From positions 224,001 through 288,000 of the forward strand of contig CAWJIE010000004.1 of NCBI GenBank assembly GCA_963842885.1: DNA of 64,000 nucleotides. The letters are read 5' to 3'. This DNA is from an uncultured Nitrososphaerota archaeon (GTDB lineage: Archaea; Thermoproteota; Nitrososphaeria; Conexivisphaerales; DTJL01). Positions 9,723 through 18,503 of this stretch are shown in pieces. Numbering within the stretch: the stretch's first letter is position 1; the number at the start of each line of letters is the position of its first letter. Both the position numbers and the translations under genes were made by a program. The notes beneath the pieces are model-generated. The model was not told where the DNA came from. It worked only from the letters and a program-made list of their open reading frames with translations, and made no database searches.

Positions 9723-10238
9723 ATGTCCATCACCTCGAAATACGATGTGGACGGCGGAAGCTATGACGCCCTCTACCGCGGCGAACAGACAGCTAAACTA
9801 GAGGCGGCCTTGAAGGCAGGGTGGGCGCCTGGCGAGCGTCTGGTGGATATCGGATGTGGGACGGCGCTCCTGACCAGTCGCCTCGCCAGGGGATGCGACC
9901 TGGCCGTTGGCCTTGACATCTCATCTGGGATGCTCAAAAAGGCGAAGCCACGGAAGAGGGTGGAGCTGGTGCGGGGGGAGGCATCATACCTGCCGTTCCG
10001 GTCCGATAGCTTCACCTCCTGCGTCTGCTTTACATCCTTTCACCATTTCAGGCGAAAGCTGCAGGCGATTGATGAAATGGCCGGCCTAGTGAACCACGGA
10101 GGCTCTATCGTGTTCTCGCTGCTCTCAAGAGGGGGGGAGCCCAACGACGAGCTGAGGATCAGGCGCAGCCGAAGACTTGAAATCAGAAGCAGACTCACCG
10201 CGGGCAACGACTCCCTGCTCATCATGAGACGATTGTAG
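9723..10238 (+). CDS. Class I SAM-dependent methyltransferase
   Basis: VDIGCGT, GLDISSGML, LPFRSDSF. Confidence 0.85.
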   Translation: MSITSKYDVDGGSYDALYRGEQTAKLEAALKAGWAPGERLVDIGCGTALLTSRLARGCDLAVGLDISSGMLKKAKPRKRVELVRGEASYLPFRSDSFTSCVCFTSFHHFRRKLQAIDEMAGLVNHGGSIVFSLLSRGGEPNDELRIRRSRRLEIRSRLTAGNDSLLIMRRL

Positions 10239-10302
10239 GCCGCCTCTCAAACCAACAACTTTAAATCGAATACAGAGAGCGAAAAGGCCAGAGTAGAGAG
10301 CC

Positions 10303-10863
10303 TTGACATTCTGCACAAAATGCGGCAGCGAGATTCCGGCAGGGGCGATGTACTGCGTAAAGTGCGGGAATCCTGTGCAGACGACCGGGGCGCCACAACA
10401 GCCTTCGCCGCCTCCTTCCAGCTGGCAGGGCCGGAGGGATGAAAGGAGGGCATACAGGCGACAAGAGAAGCAAGAGAAGAACGAGAAAGGAGAGAAGCAT
10501 GAGAAGGGGGAGAAGCATGAGAAGGGAGGGATGGAGGGCGCCCTGATCGGCGGAGTCTTGCTGATCTTCTTGGGTGTGGCATCCTACTTGTCCCATTACG
10601 GCTACTTCGGCTCGGGCCGTTGGTGGGCTCTTCTGCTGGTGGCGCTGGGCATCGTATTGATCGCCCAGGACCTCTACTACATTGTCAAGGGCGCACGTAG
10701 GGGAGCCGGGATCATAGGCGGGCTGATACTTGCATCCATAGGCTACGCTCTTTACGCCGACATAAGTTACTGGTGGCCCCTCATACTCGTGGCGATAGGG
10801 GTAGGCATCATAGCTTTGGCGATCCTCGATCGCTCGAGGAGCCCGGCACCTCGGCCCCTCTAG
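10303..10863 (+). CDS. Zinc-ribbon membrane protein with EKx repeats and LiaF/LiaI-like TM repeats
   Basis: FCTKCG...YCVKCG, (EKx)n linker, four TM helices with WWA/WWP. Confidence 0.8.
   Translation: MTFCTKCGSEIPAGAMYCVKCGNPVQTTGAPQQPSPPPSSWQGRRDERRAYRRQEKQEKNEKGEKHEKGEKHEKGGMEGALIGGVLLIFLGVASYLSHYGYFGSGRWWALLLVALGIVLIAQDLYYIVKGARRGAGIIGGLILASIGYALYADISYWWPLILVAIGVGIIALAILDRSRSPAPRPL
10462..10527 (+). repeat. Coding 9-bp tandem repeat (xxxGAGAAG, about 7 copies) encoding QEKQEKNEKGEKHEKGEKHEKG
   Basis: Directly visible. Confidence 0.85.
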
Positions 10864-11993
10864 GTGGCCCAGGCTGTTGAGATGCGATACAGCATGTGCT
10901 CTAGAATGACGGTGGGTTTGGCGCGCCCAAAGATGCGAAAGTAGTTGGGTCCTAAACACTCCACCATGTCACCGATGTCGTACCTCGGGAAGACCGGGGT
11001 GGAGACTACAAGGCGCCCCCATTGGCCGCGTTTCATCTCGTGGAGTGGCAGGACCCGCCCTCCGGTCTTCACTTCGAAGACGTATGAATCATAGTTGGGA
11101 ACGATGTATGGATATGAATCCAGCTGCTGGCCGAACACTCCCTCTGTGGCCGAGTACATCTCGCGTACGGGGGCTGGCCCGAATAGGCGTTGGAGCTGAG
11201 GGCCGTAGACCGAGTGGATCTTCGCGACGCTGGTGCAGAACAGGGCTTTCATCTTCCACATCTCCGAAGGTGGGCGTCCATGGTGGCTCCTGACATACCG
11301 GGCGAAGGACAGGATGACAGGCGAGACGCCCATGACCGCCACGACGGGCAGGTCTTTCGTGTCATCGTAGACCGACTCGAACCTCCTCCGCCAGTCCTCC
11401 TTGGTGATGCCTGGGCCCAGGGAGTCTATCGATTCCTGCGAAGGCACCAGGCCTCCGGTGCCAAGCGTGGGTTTGAGCCTCGCGTAAGTGCCGGAGCTGT
11501 AGCCGTATCGGATGATTCCCGCAGGGGTCGACGCCTGAGTGACGATTGATGGGAAGTTGAGGTTCAGTATATGGCCCTCGACGAGCGAAACGTCGTCGGT
11601 CCTGTAGGCCTGACAGATGAGCTCTCTCGCCCCGCATTCGAAGACCCTGTCGAGGTGCGCCTGCGTGCAGGGAACGACCTTTGGCTTCCCGCTCGTGCCC
11701 CGCGTCATCACGTAAGCCAGAGGCTGGCTGGAGCAAAGGTATGCTGGATTGCCCTGCATGGCACGCTGGACCATCGGAGCGTACTGGTCGTATCCCATGA
11801 TGGGGAAGGCCTCGTTGAAATCTGCCATAGAAGAAATGCTGCCGGCACCCCTTTCCCGACCGTACCCGGTCTTGCTGTACTCTCCTAGAAGAGCGCGCAG
11901 CGCCCCCTCTTGAGCCGCGGCTGGATCGCGAAGCGAATCGAACCAGCTAGACAACAGCTGCTCGAGTATCTGTCTCTGAAAGGTCATTGGCAC
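10860..11993 (-). CDS. GH3 auxin-responsive-family (ANL superfamily) acyl-adenylating protein
   Basis: TRGTSGKPKVVP, EMYSATEG, RYDIGD, FRIFGR. Confidence 0.8.
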   Translation of the reverse strand: MPMTFQRQILEQLLSSWFDSLRDPAAAQEGALRALLGEYSKTGYGRERGAGSISSMADFNEAFPIMGYDQYAPMVQRAMQGNPAYLCSSQPLAYVMTRGTSGKPKVVPCTQAHLDRVFECGARELICQAYRTDDVSLVEGHILNLNFPSIVTQASTPAGIIRYGYSSGTYARLKPTLGTGGLVPSQESIDSLGPGITKEDWRRRFESVYDDTKDLPVVAVMGVSPVILSFARYVRSHHGRPPSEMWKMKALFCTSVAKIHSVYGPQLQRLFGPAPVREMYSATEGVFGQQLDSYPYIVPNYDSYVFEVKTGGRVLPLHEMKRGQWGRLVVSTPVFPRYDIGDMVECLGPNYFRIFGRAKPTVILEHMLYRISTAWAT

Positions 11994-12012
11994 GGCGACG
12001 CCGCCCGCATGG

Positions 12013-12531
12013 TCAGCTGGCGGCCTTAAGCTCCTTCTCCAGCTGGGCTATCTTCCACTCGATGGAGGTCACGTCCTTGCCGTTGTCATAGTTTCTGAGC
12101 TCGTTGCCGCATTCGGGGCACCGGAAGGAAAGGTCCATCGCGTCGTCAAACGTCCTCTTCTTACAGGTCTGAGTTCCACAGAAGAAGAATTGGTTACCTG
12201 ATTCATAGTCTAGGCGCTGCCTGAGCCTGCCGAGTATCTTCCTCTTCTTGTTGTTGAGGAACGCCTCCACCTGATCGGTCTGCGCCCTCCACTGATACAC
12301 GTACCACCCCCTCTTCGGGTCCTTGACGCGGATGCCCGTGATCAGGGATTTGCCGAACAGGTCGTAGAGGACGCGCCGCACGACGTTGATCTTGAGGCCC
12401 GTCGCGCTGGCGATCTCCTCGTCGGTGGCGTTCTCATTATTCAGAAGGGCACGCGCCACCTTGACATACTCCTCTCCGCCTAGCAGACCTGACACCTTGA
12501 CGAAAGAGTCTTCGTACTGTAGTTTCTTCAA
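12013..12531 (-). CDS. tfe: Transcription factor E alpha
   Basis: TDEEIASATGLKINVVRRVLY, GWYVYQW, Zn ribbon FRCPECG. Confidence 0.95.
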   Translation of the reverse strand: MKKLQYEDSFVKVSGLLGGEEYVKVARALLNNENATDEEIASATGLKINVVRRVLYDLFGKSLITGIRVKDPKRGWYVYQWRAQTDQVEAFLNNKKRKILGRLRQRLDYESGNQFFFCGTQTCKKRTFDDAMDLSFRCPECGNELRNYDNGKDVTSIEWKIAQLEKELKAAS

Positions 12532-12614
12532 GAAGCAATTCTCCTGTAATTGGGGTAGTGTCTAAAGGGCATCGATAGACTTTAAAACCTTACCATTTCC
12601 CTTCTTCTCAAATC

Positions 12615-13154
12615 TTGCCCAAGCTCTGTGTATTCAGGCTCGCCCACCGGCCCAGCAGGGACAAGAGGGTCACGACACACTGCGCCCTCGTCGCCAGGGC
12701 CTTTGGTGCCGCCTCGATGGTCTTCTCCGGCGAGGCCGACGACGAGCTCATCGCCAGGGTGGACAAGGTGGCGGAGAGCTGGGGAGGGGATTTCTCAGCT
12801 TCGTATGAGCCGCGGTGGGAGGCTTTCATCAAGGAATGGAGGAGGGGAGGCGGGATCGTGGTTCATTGCACCATGTACGGCGAGAGGATACAAGACAGAA
12901 TCTCCTCTATCAGGCGGGCTGCCAAGACGCATGACATCTTGGTGGTCGTCGGTGGAGAGAAGGTCCCAGGGACGATGTACAGGCTTGCGGACTACAACAT
13001 CGCGGTGACCAACCAGCCTCATTCCGAAGTGGCGGCGCTGGCCATCTTCCTCGACAGGTTCCTGGGAGGGAAGGAGTTGGAGCTGGAGCACAAAGGCGCG
13101 AAGTTCAGGATCGTGCCTCAGAAGGTCGGCAAGAAACTACTCGTCGGCAACTGA
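12615..13154 (+). CDS. trm56: tRNA (cytidine56-2'-O)-methyltransferase
   Basis: HRPSRDKRVTTHCALVARAFG, HCTMYG, GGEKVP, NQPHSEVAALA. Confidence 0.96.
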   Translation: MPKLCVFRLAHRPSRDKRVTTHCALVARAFGAASMVFSGEADDELIARVDKVAESWGGDFSASYEPRWEAFIKEWRRGGGIVVHCTMYGERIQDRISSIRRAAKTHDILVVVGGEKVPGTMYRLADYNIAVTNQPHSEVAALAIFLDRFLGGKELELEHKGAKFRIVPQKVGKKLLVGN

Positions 13155-14408
13155 TTTCGAAGCAACGGCGTTCTCCTGCCTGAGCTCATCGATGGCCCAC
13201 TCCGGCCCGAGGACGATTAGGTGGACCTTCCCATCCTCGGCTACCGTCTCCTTGACCGTCACCACGTTGCCGAAGAACTTCGCCTTCTGTGAGATGGAGG
13301 AAGCCTTCTCCTGAGGGAGTATCAGGTTGAGCTCTGCGGCCTCCTGGACTCCCGTCTTGATGAGCCGGAGAAGCTCGCCGATTCCCTCTCCGGTCTTCGC
13401 CGAGACCAGCACGACGGCCTGGGCCGATGGTTCCACCATGTCGACCTTCCTCCTCGCCTCCTCCATCCCCACAAGGTCCACCTTGTTCATCACGAGGATG
13501 GTCTTGTGAGGGGAGACGTTGAGATCCGCCAGCGTGTTCATGCAGGTTTCGTATTTCACCTGGAATCTCTCATCGAGGTCGCTCACGTCAACTATCAGGA
13601 GCACAAGGTCAGCGTAGGTCAGCTCCTCGAGAGTGGACTTGAAGGCCTCTATCATATAGTGAGGGAGGCGGCTGATGAATCCCACGGTGTCGGAGAGCAG
13701 GAGGGGGAGTTCGTCTATCTCGAGGCGCCTCGTCGTGGTAGAAAGGGTGCTGAACATCTTCCCCAGGACGAGTTGGTTCTCCCCCACCAACCTGTTGAAC
13801 AGGGTGGTCTTACCTGCTGCCGTGTAACCGGAAAGAGAGACGATGGAGAGGTGGCTCTTGGCCCGTTCCTCCCTGAATACCTCCCTGCGTTTCTTCAGGA
13901 CCGCCAGCTTCCGCCGCGTGGAGTCCAGGCGGCCCTTGATGTTCCGGTAGTATTTCTCCACCTCATAGCTGCCAAAGCCGAACATGCCCGGTTGCTCACC
14001 CATCCTGACAAACCGCACATAGTCACGCACCCTGGGGAGCTCGTAGGTCAGCTCGGCGGCCTTAATCTGGAGGACGGCCTCTTGGGTGGTGGCCCTGGCC
14101 TTGAAAATCTCGAGGACCAGCTTCTCCCTGTCTAGGATTTCGCAGTTGCAGTGCTTGCTGAGATTGTAACTCTCTTGCGCTGACAGCTTGTCGTCGACGA
14201 TGACGTGGGTGGCATGGAAGTCTGCCACGGCCTGCTTCGCCTCGTCGGCCTTCCCTTCACCTACGCCGAATTTCCCATGCCTGAGCTGACGCATCAGGAT
14301 CACGTGGACCGGCTGGTATCCGCCTGCGACACACAGGCCCTTCGCTTCCTCAATGCTGTCGGGATACTTGTAGGAGATGAGAACGGCTGGTGTCAGCAGC
14401 AAAGCCAA
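13137..14408 (-). CDS. hflX: GTPase HflX
   Basis: GYTAAGKTTLFN, DTVGFI, AFKSTLEE, NKVD, SAKTG. Confidence 0.95.
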   Translation of the reverse strand: MALLLTPAVLISYKYPDSIEEAKGLCVAGGYQPVHVILMRQLRHGKFGVGEGKADEAKQAVADFHATHVIVDDKLSAQESYNLSKHCNCEILDREKLVLEIFKARATTQEAVLQIKAAELTYELPRVRDYVRFVRMGEQPGMFGFGSYEVEKYYRNIKGRLDSTRRKLAVLKKRREVFREERAKSHLSIVSLSGYTAAGKTTLFNRLVGENQLVLGKMFSTLSTTTRRLEIDELPLLLSDTVGFISRLPHYMIEAFKSTLEELTYADLVLLIVDVSDLDERFQVKYETCMNTLADLNVSPHKTILVMNKVDLVGMEEARRKVDMVEPSAQAVVLVSAKTGEGIGELLRLIKTGVQEAAELNLILPQEKASSISQKAKFFGNVVTVKETVAEDGKVHLIVLGPEWAIDELRQENAVASKSVADE

Positions 14409-14416
14409 TCACCCCT

Positions 14417-14833
14417 TCACGAGGAGTCCGTTTCGAAGAGGCGGATCTTCATCAGATTCTCGAGCTTCTTGGCGAGGGCGACGCTGGGCTTCAGCTTCCC
14501 GCTCTCGAGCTTTCCCACGACGGACGACTTCTCGTTGACCTTCATCCCCAGCTGCTCCTGGGTCAGCCCGGACGACTCCCGAGCCTTGCGGAGGACGGCT
14601 GCGTAGTCCTCCCGGAGCACCAGCTCGTCATCGGGCACGACGGCAGCCTGCCTCCTGTAGATGTGCATGGTGGTCTCTGATGGGCCCCGAGGGGGAGCTG
14701 AGACAGGAATGGCCTCCCTTGCCGGCCTCCCCAGCCTGGAACACCTGCCGCAGGCTACCATAATGGCTCCATCGATTTCAATGCGGTGGCTCTCGCCCAT
14801 GATGTTGCCACCGCAGATTTCACACTTGGCCAT
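14417..14833 (-). CDS. mbf1: Archaeal multiprotein bridging factor aMBF1
   Basis: CEICG...CGRC zinc ribbon plus Cro-type HTH (ARESSGLTQEQLG). Confidence 0.93.
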   Translation of the reverse strand: MAKCEICGGNIMGESHRIEIDGAIMVACGRCSRLGRPAREAIPVSAPPRGPSETTMHIYRRQAAVVPDDELVLREDYAAVLRKARESSGLTQEQLGMKVNEKSSVVGKLESGKLKPSVALAKKLENLMKIRLFETDSS

Positions 14834-14896
14834 AACTCCTCGTCGTTCAATGCTCCCTCTTCTTTAATAAAGCTACTAGAGTTAACCGAACGCGTC

Positions 14897-15409
14897 ATGA
14901 GAGCCGACAGGCTACAGCTGGAGGCTTCCTTTGAGTACTTCTATGGGGAAGGGGTGGCAAGGCATCTCCCTTGGAGCAGGATCACATGCATCAGGTCTCG
15001 GAAGAGCCAGAGGATGAAGAAGGCCCTACTCGACGACCGGCTGTTGGCGACTGTGAGGGAGGACGGCAGCATCGCGTACACGCTGGAATGCGCGAAATAC
15101 CTGATGAAGAGTGCGGCCTTCAGGGAGAGCTGCATAGTCGTCAACGATGACGCTGCGCAGTTCGTCGTGAGGGGGAAATCGCTCTTCTCCAAGCATGTGC
15201 TCAGTGTGGGCGCCAACGTCAAACCCGGTCTGGAGGTCTGTCTGCTGGATGGGAAGGGGGAGCTCCTAGCTGTCGGCAAGGCCATACTTCCCAGGGGCTA
15301 CATGGGAAGGATGCAGAGCGGGGCTGCGGTGCGAGTGCGAGAGGGGACCCGTTCTACAGCTGCAGGAAAGGATTTAAGAGCCGAAACGGGGAAGGCAACT
15401 CTGACTTGA
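14897..15409 (+). CDS. PUA-domain protein (archaeosine TGT C-terminal-like)
   Basis: LLATVREDG, GKSLFSKHV, LLAVGKA, AVRVREG; ATG at 14897. Confidence 0.85.
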   Translation: MRADRLQLEASFEYFYGEGVARHLPWSRITCIRSRKSQRMKKALLDDRLLATVREDGSIAYTLECAKYLMKSAAFRESCIVVNDDAAQFVVRGKSLFSKHVLSVGANVKPGLEVCLLDGKGELLAVGKAILPRGYMGRMQSGAAVRVREGTRSTAAGKDLRAETGKATLT

Positions 15410-15738
15410 TGGACAACAGGCAGGCCCGGAGAATGATGGAGCGGATGGGCCTGAACATGAACGAAATCAAAGATGTGAAAGAGGTAGTCATTCTCACATC
15501 AGAGAAGGAGATCCATCTGGAGAAGGCGTCGGTCTTCGAAATCAAGGCCAAGGACACGCGCGTCTTTCAGGTCACAGCGGAGAATGTCACGGAGAAGACC
15601 ATCGCCGCTCCGAAATTCACCGAAGAGGACGTCTCCCTAGTGGTAACGAGCGCCAACGTCAGCCGGGAGAGGGCCATCTCGGCACTAGAGGAGACCGGCG
15701 GCGACATAGCGCTCGCCATCCTACGCCTGAAGCCATAG
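15406..15738 (+). CDS. nac: Nascent polypeptide-associated complex protein
   Basis: RRMMERMG, EEDVSLV, GDIALAIL. Confidence 0.95.
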   Translation: MMDNRQARRMMERMGLNMNEIKDVKEVVILTSEKEIHLEKASVFEIKAKDTRVFQVTAENVTEKTIAAPKFTEEDVSLVVTSANVSRERAISALEETGGDIALAILRLKP

Positions 15739-15762
15739 GCCGCGGAACGTTCCTTCCTGGAT

Positions 15763-15857
15763 TGTCAAAACCTGTTGACCTGATGCGTTGAGGCGTCTCC
15801 TGACGGTCGTCGCGTCTCATCGTATGTGGAAAGGGCATTTGTCAACATTGATTAACC
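15763..15857. promoter_or_regulatory. Putative operator motifs upstream of nrdJ: TGTCAAAA (15763), TGTTGACC (15773), TGTCAACA (15840); TATA-like TTTTAAG at about 15896
   Basis: Same motif and 10-bp spacing as the array at 30669-30686. Confidence 0.45.
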
Positions 15858-15921
15858 AAAAACGCTAATAAAGGGCCAAACCATCTGGTGGCGGCTTTTA
15901 AGAGGCTAGTGGTTAAACAGC

Positions 15922-18501
15922 ATGGCGGTCCTTTCGTCAAGAATCAAGTCAGTCCGCAAGCGCGACGGCAGGGTTGTAGCGTATGACAGCAGCAAGATAT
16001 CTGAGGCCATCTGGAAGGCCATCAAGGCCACCGGTGGCAAGGACAGGTCGACGGCCGTCGAACTCTCGCTCAAGGTCAACGAAATCTTGGAGAAGCGGTT
16101 CGGGGAGGGGGCCGTGCCTTCTGTCGAGGATGTGCAGGACGCCGTCGAGCATGTTCTGATAGAGGGAGGATATGCCAAGACCGCCAAGGCCTACATACTC
16201 TACCGCCAGAAGAGGGCCGAAATCCGCGAGGAGAAGATGAAGATCCTCGAGAAATCGGACATCGACGAAGTAGACAAGAGCTTCGATAGCAACGCCCTCA
16301 AGGTCCTCAGGGCGCGATATCTGCGCAAGGATGAGAACGGCCATGTCTTGGAGTCGCCCAAGGAGCTCTTCATGAGGGTGGCCCTGCACACCGCATTGGC
16401 CAGCATCCTCTACGATCCTAGGGTTTTCGACGTCAAGGGAGGACAGCCCACAAAGGAGGCCCCTGAAAACGTCGATCTCATGGCGTATGCGGACCTGGGC
16501 GTGGGAAGGTTCAAACTTAACCAGTTCCACGTGGAAGCTCTTCTGCGTGTCTTCAAACGGTTCAACGCCTCCGGGAAGTCCAAGGTGTCGTGGCAGGAGC
16601 TGCTGGAGATGTTCAGGAGAGGGGATTTCACCTCTTACGAGAAAGAGGTGGATGACTACCAGACGCTCATGGTCAGCAAGCATTTCATGCCGAACACTCC
16701 GGCATTGGCCAACTTCGGCAACGTGTTGGGAATGGGCTCGGCCTGCTTCGTACTGGACGTCGCTGACTCCATAGACGACATAATGGAGACGCTGAGGAGC
16801 GCGGCGATAATATTCAAGGCTGGAGGAGGGGTCGGCTACAACTTCTCCAAGCTGAGGCCTGAAGGAGACTTCGTCAAGAGCACGTCGGGCATCGCTTCGG
16901 GTCCCGTCAGCTTCATGCGACTGTTCGACACCATGACCGAAGTGATCAAGCAGGGAGGGATAAGAAGGGGCGCCAACATGGGCATCCTCAACATCAACCA
17001 CCCCGATATCGAGAGCTTCATCAAGGCTAAGGAGGGGAACAAGGCGCTCAGGAACTTCAACATATCCGTCCTCGTACTGGACGATTTCTGGAATTACTAC
17101 AACAAGAACGAACCGTATCCGCTGGTGAACCCCAGGACACATGAAGTGACGCGCTATGTGAACCCCAAGCAGCTCCTCGACATGATCGCTTTCCAGGCGT
17201 GGGAGAGCGCCGAGCCGGGGGTCATCTTCTCCGACAAGGTCAACGAGTTCAACCCCTTCCTCAAGTCGCTCGGCCCCATAGTGACCACCAACCCATGCGG
17301 AGAAGTCCTGCTCTACCCCAATGAGTCATGCAACCTGGGAAGCATCAACGTGGCGGCGTTCACAAAGGAGGACGACGATGGGAACGTCACCTTGGACTGG
17401 GATGGCCTGAGGGACACGGTCGAGATGACGACCAAGTTCCTCGACAACGTGATCGACATCAACCACTACCCTCTCCAGGCTATCGAGGATATAACCCTGA
17501 AGACGAGGAAGATAGGGCTGGGGGTGATGGGGATGGCCGACATGCTCTTCGAGATGGGCGTGGCGTACAACAGCGAGGAAGGGCTCAAGTTCATGGAGCG
17601 GTTGATGGAGTTCGTCAACTACCATTCGAAGAAGGCCTCCATCAAGCTCGCGAAAGAGCGTGGTGTCCTGCCGTCCTTCGAAGATAGCAGCTACAAGGAA
17701 GGGAAGTTGCCGTTCGGAGGTTTTGCGGACCAGTCCTCCTGGCACTTCGACTGGAAGGGGCTGGCGGAGGAGATAGCGCGAGAGGGAGTGAGGAACGGTT
17801 ACACCACCGTCATCGCCCCGACGGGGAGCATCTCGATGATAGCAGGATGCAGCAGCGGCATAGAGCCGGTCTTCGCCCTCGTCTACGAGAAGAATGTATC
17901 GATAGGGAGCTTCTACTACGTTGACACTGCCTTCGAGAAGGCGATGAAGAAGGAGGGTCTCTTCGATGACGACCTCCTCAAGCAGATAGTCTCCAACCAC
18001 GGCAACATAGGGGGCGTGTTCTACCTGCCCGAGAAGATCAAACATGTCTACGTCACGGCCATGGATATCGGCCCTGAAGACCACGTCAGGGCGATTGCGG
18101 CCTTCCAGAAGTGGGTCGACTCCAGCATCTCAAAGACGACAAACCTACCTGCTGAGGCCACCGTGGAAGACGTGAAGAAAGTGTACATGCTCTCCTACGA
18201 GCTGGGATGCAAGGACGTCACGGTGTACAGGGACAAGTCCATAACGAGCCAGGTCTTGCGCACACCGGCGTCAGGAAAGGAGGAGAAGGGTCCTGGGCTG
18301 GCGCCGCAGAAGACCGGTCCCACCCCTCTCGCCGTGCACGCTCCCGTTTCGTCTCCGCTCCAGACCTTCAACGCCCGTCTGAGCTTGGATGGCAAGAACG
18401 GCAGCCTGACCAACTGCCCCTCCTGCAGCACCAAGTTGGAGTTCAAGGAAGGCTGTGCGACATGCCCCGGCTGTGGCTGGAGCCTGTGCGTCAGCGCCTA
18501 G
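15922..18501 (+). CDS. nrdJ: Class II (adenosylcobalamin-dependent) ribonucleotide reductase with N-terminal ATP cone
   Basis: VRKRDG cone, FMPNTP, SACFV, RRGANM, TNPCGE, CNLGSIN, APTG, C-terminal Zn/CxxC tail. Confidence 0.96.
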   Translation: MAVLSSRIKSVRKRDGRVVAYDSSKISEAIWKAIKATGGKDRSTAVELSLKVNEILEKRFGEGAVPSVEDVQDAVEHVLIEGGYAKTAKAYILYRQKRAEIREEKMKILEKSDIDEVDKSFDSNALKVLRARYLRKDENGHVLESPKELFMRVALHTALASILYDPRVFDVKGGQPTKEAPENVDLMAYADLGVGRFKLNQFHVEALLRVFKRFNASGKSKVSWQELLEMFRRGDFTSYEKEVDDYQTLMVSKHFMPNTPALANFGNVLGMGSACFVLDVADSIDDIMETLRSAAIIFKAGGGVGYNFSKLRPEGDFVKSTSGIASGPVSFMRLFDTMTEVIKQGGIRRGANMGILNINHPDIESFIKAKEGNKALRNFNISVLVLDDFWNYYNKNEPYPLVNPRTHEVTRYVNPKQLLDMIAFQAWESAEPGVIFSDKVNEFNPFLKSLGPIVTTNPCGEVLLYPNESCNLGSINVAAFTKEDDDGNVTLDWDGLRDTVEMTTKFLDNVIDINHYPLQAIEDITLKTRKIGLGVMGMADMLFEMGVAYNSEEGLKFMERLMEFVNYHSKKASIKLAKERGVLPSFEDSSYKEGKLPFGGFADQSSWHFDWKGLAEEIAREGVRNGYTTVIAPTGSISMIAGCSSGIEPVFALVYEKNVSIGSFYYVDTAFEKAMKKEGLFDDDLLKQIVSNHGNIGGVFYLPEKIKHVYVTAMDIGPEDHVRAIAAFQKWVDSSISKTTNLPAEATVEDVKKVYMLSYELGCKDVTVYRDKSITSQVLRTPASGKEEKGPGLAPQKTGPTPLAVHAPVSSPLQTFNARLSLDGKNGSLTNCPSCSTKLEFKEGCATCPGCGWSLCVSA

Positions 18502-18503
18502 GG

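Noticed and set aside
15949-18084. Long antisense ORFs opposite nrdJ (and similar ones opposite trpS, iorA and the aminotransferase)
   Set aside because: Shadow frames expected from high GC at third codon positions; no protein motifs
15922-18501. Intein in nrdJ
   Set aside because: The catalytic motifs are contiguous, and no C...HN/C splice junction or homing endonuclease is visible
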